A program made the position numbers and the translations under genes. The notes beneath the pieces were generated by a model. It was not told where the DNA came from. It ran no database searches and worked only from the letters and a program-made list of their open reading frames with translations. A stretch of DNA of 64,000 bases, from positions 50,840,001 through 50,904,000 of the forward strand of contig JAGIQG010000012.1 in NCBI GenBank assembly GCA_024679065.1, given 5' to 3'. The DNA comes from Sphyrna mokarran (lineage: Eukaryota). Below are positions 61,763 to 64,000 of the stretch, piece after piece; position 1 is the first letter of the stretch, and each line of letters opens with the position of its first letter.

Positions 61763-64000
61763 TAGAACATAGAACATTACAGTGCAGAACAGGCCCTTCG
61801 GCCTTCGATGTTGCGCCGACCAATTAAGAAAAAGCAATGACCCTCTAACCTAAACCATTCCCTTTTCGTCCATAAACTTATCTACTAACCTCTTAAACGC
61901 CCCCAAACTTGGCACATCTACAACTGCAGCAGGCAGGGCATTCCATACCCTTACCACCCTCTGGGTAAAGAACCTACCTCTGACATCCGTCCTATAACTA
62001 CCACCCCTTAATTTACAGCTATGTCCCCTCATGCTAGCTTTCTCCATCCTAGGAAAAAGGCTATCACTGTCCACCCTATCTAAACCTCTAATCATCTTAT
62101 ATGTTTCAATAAGGTCTCCTCTTAGCCGCCTTCCTTCTAACGAAAACAACCTCAAATCCCTTAGCCTCTCTTCATAAGATCTGCCCTCCATACCAGGCAA
62201 CATCCTGGTAAACCTCCTCTGTACCCTCTCCAATGCCTCCACATCTTTCTTATAATGCGGTGACCAGAACTGTACACAATACTCCAAGTGCGGCCGCACT
62301 AGAGTTTTGTACAGTTGCAACATGACGTTGCGGCTCCGAAATTCAATCCCCCTACCAATAAAAACTAAGACTCCATATGTCTTCTTAACAACCTTATCGA
62401 CTTGATTGCCAACTTTCAGGGATCTATGCACATATACACCAAGATCCCTCTGTTCTTCAACAATATTAAGAGTCCTACCATTAGCCCTATACTCTACACA
62501 TTTGTTATTCCTGCCAAAGTGAATTACCTCACACTTTTCCGCATTAAAACTCCATTTGCCACCTCTCGGCCCAGCTCTGCAACTTGTCCAAGTCTCTCTG
62601 CAAACTATAACACCCCTCTTCACTATCTACCACTCCTCCGACTTTGTGTCATCCGCAAATTTACTAATCCATCCTTCAATACCCTCATCCAGATCATTTA
62701 TAAAAATTACAAACAGCAGGGGCCCCAAAACAGATCCCTGAGGTACACCATTTGTAACCGAACTCCACGATGAATAATTTCCATCAACCACCACCCTCTG
62801 TCTTCTATCAGCTAGCCAATTCCTAATCCAATGAGCTAAATCACCCTCAATCCCATACATCTGCATTTTCTGCAGAAGCCTTCCATGGGCCACCTTATCG
62901 AACTCCTTACTAAAGTCCATATATACCACATCAACTGCCTTACCCCCATCCACCTCTTTGGTTACTTTTTCAAAAAACTCAATGAGGTTAGTAAGGCACG
63001 ACCTACCCTTCACAAAACCATGCTGACTATCCCCAATCAATTCATTTCTCTCTAAATAACTATAAAATCCTATCCCTAATAATTCTCTCCAATACTTTGC
63101 CCACAACAGAAGTAAGACTCACTGGCCTATAATTCCCTGGAAGGTCTCTCTTCCCTTTCTTGAACAATGGGACCACATTCGCTATCCTCCAGTCCTCCGG
63201 AACCACACCCGTAACCAACGACGACCTGAAGATCAGAGCCAGAGGCTCTGCAATCGCCTCTCTTGCCTCCCAGAGAATCCTAGGGTAAATCCCGTCTGGC
63301 CCAGGGACTTATCTAACTTCAAACCCTCAAGAATATCTAGCACATCCTCCTTATCTACTTCAATACTTTCCAGTTTACAACCCTGTATCCCAGTGTTTTC
63401 CACAACTACATTTACATCTCCCTGCATGAATACCGAAGAGAAATATTTGTTCAGTGCCTCTCCAATCTCTTCAGGCTCCACGCACAACTTCCCACTGCTG
63501 TCTCTGACTGGCCCTAATCTTGCCCTACCAATCTTCTATTCTTAACATATCTAAAGAAAACTTTAGGATTCTCCTTGATCCTATCAGCCAAAGTCTTCTC
63601 GTGTCCCCTTTTAGCTCTTCTCAACTCATTCTTTAGCTCCCTCCTGGCTAATCTATAGCTATCCAGTGCACTAACTGAGCCTTCAAGCCTCATCCTGACA
63701 TAAGCCTCCTTTTTCCTTTTAACCAGCGAATTAACTTTTTAGTACACCATGGTTCCCTTACTCGACCATTTCCTCCTTGCCTGACAGGGACATACTTATC
63801 AAGGACTCGCAGTAGCTGCTCCTTGAATAAGCTCCACATTTCAGATGTTTCCAGTCCCTGTAGTTTCCTAGTCCAACCTATGCACCCTAATTCCCTCCTT
63901 ATGGCCTCATAATTACCATTCCCCCAGCTATAACTACTGCCCCCAGGTTCATGCCTATCCCTATCCATCACTAAGGTGAACGTAACCGAATTGTTGTCAC
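61763..64000 (-). mobile_element. Young CR1 LINE (ORF2 RT and 3' end), continuing beyond the window
   Basis: [43 protein letters not shown]; a few frameshifts; terminal TTCTATGTTCTA. Confidence 0.96.

Overview
Vertebrate genomic DNA, very probably from a shark (inferred from the repeat content: abundant CR1 LINEs, HE1/V-type and Deu-type SINEs, Penelope-like elements). Two spliced genes converge tail-to-tail. On the + strand are the last five coding exons of PPP2R5A (PP2A B56-alpha; 10878-31359). On the - strand are the last five coding exons of PACC1/TMEM206 (proton-activated chloride channel; 49951-58800). All ten exons have canonical AG/GT boundaries and matching phases. Introns and the intergenic gap are filled with CR1, L2, Rex1/Babar, SINE, Penelope-like, ERV-gag and Gypsy-type remnants, heavily nested at 12-24 kb. 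Most notable observations: (i) short fold-back Penelope-derived elements flanked by target-site duplications, each carrying a minimal hammerhead-ribozyme motif at the hairpin apex, plus a larger parent element with long inverted arms; (ii) a CR1 family, seen in three independent copies, whose 3' UTR contains an embedded V-SINE; (iii) a ~195-bp direct repeat with a 48-nt identical core on either side of a 51-nt PPP2R5A exon; (iv) an ERV remnant with a tRNA-Ser-like primer-binding site; (v) charge changes at pH-sensing positions of PACC1. Everything was read by eye, and family names and human reference residues are from memory.
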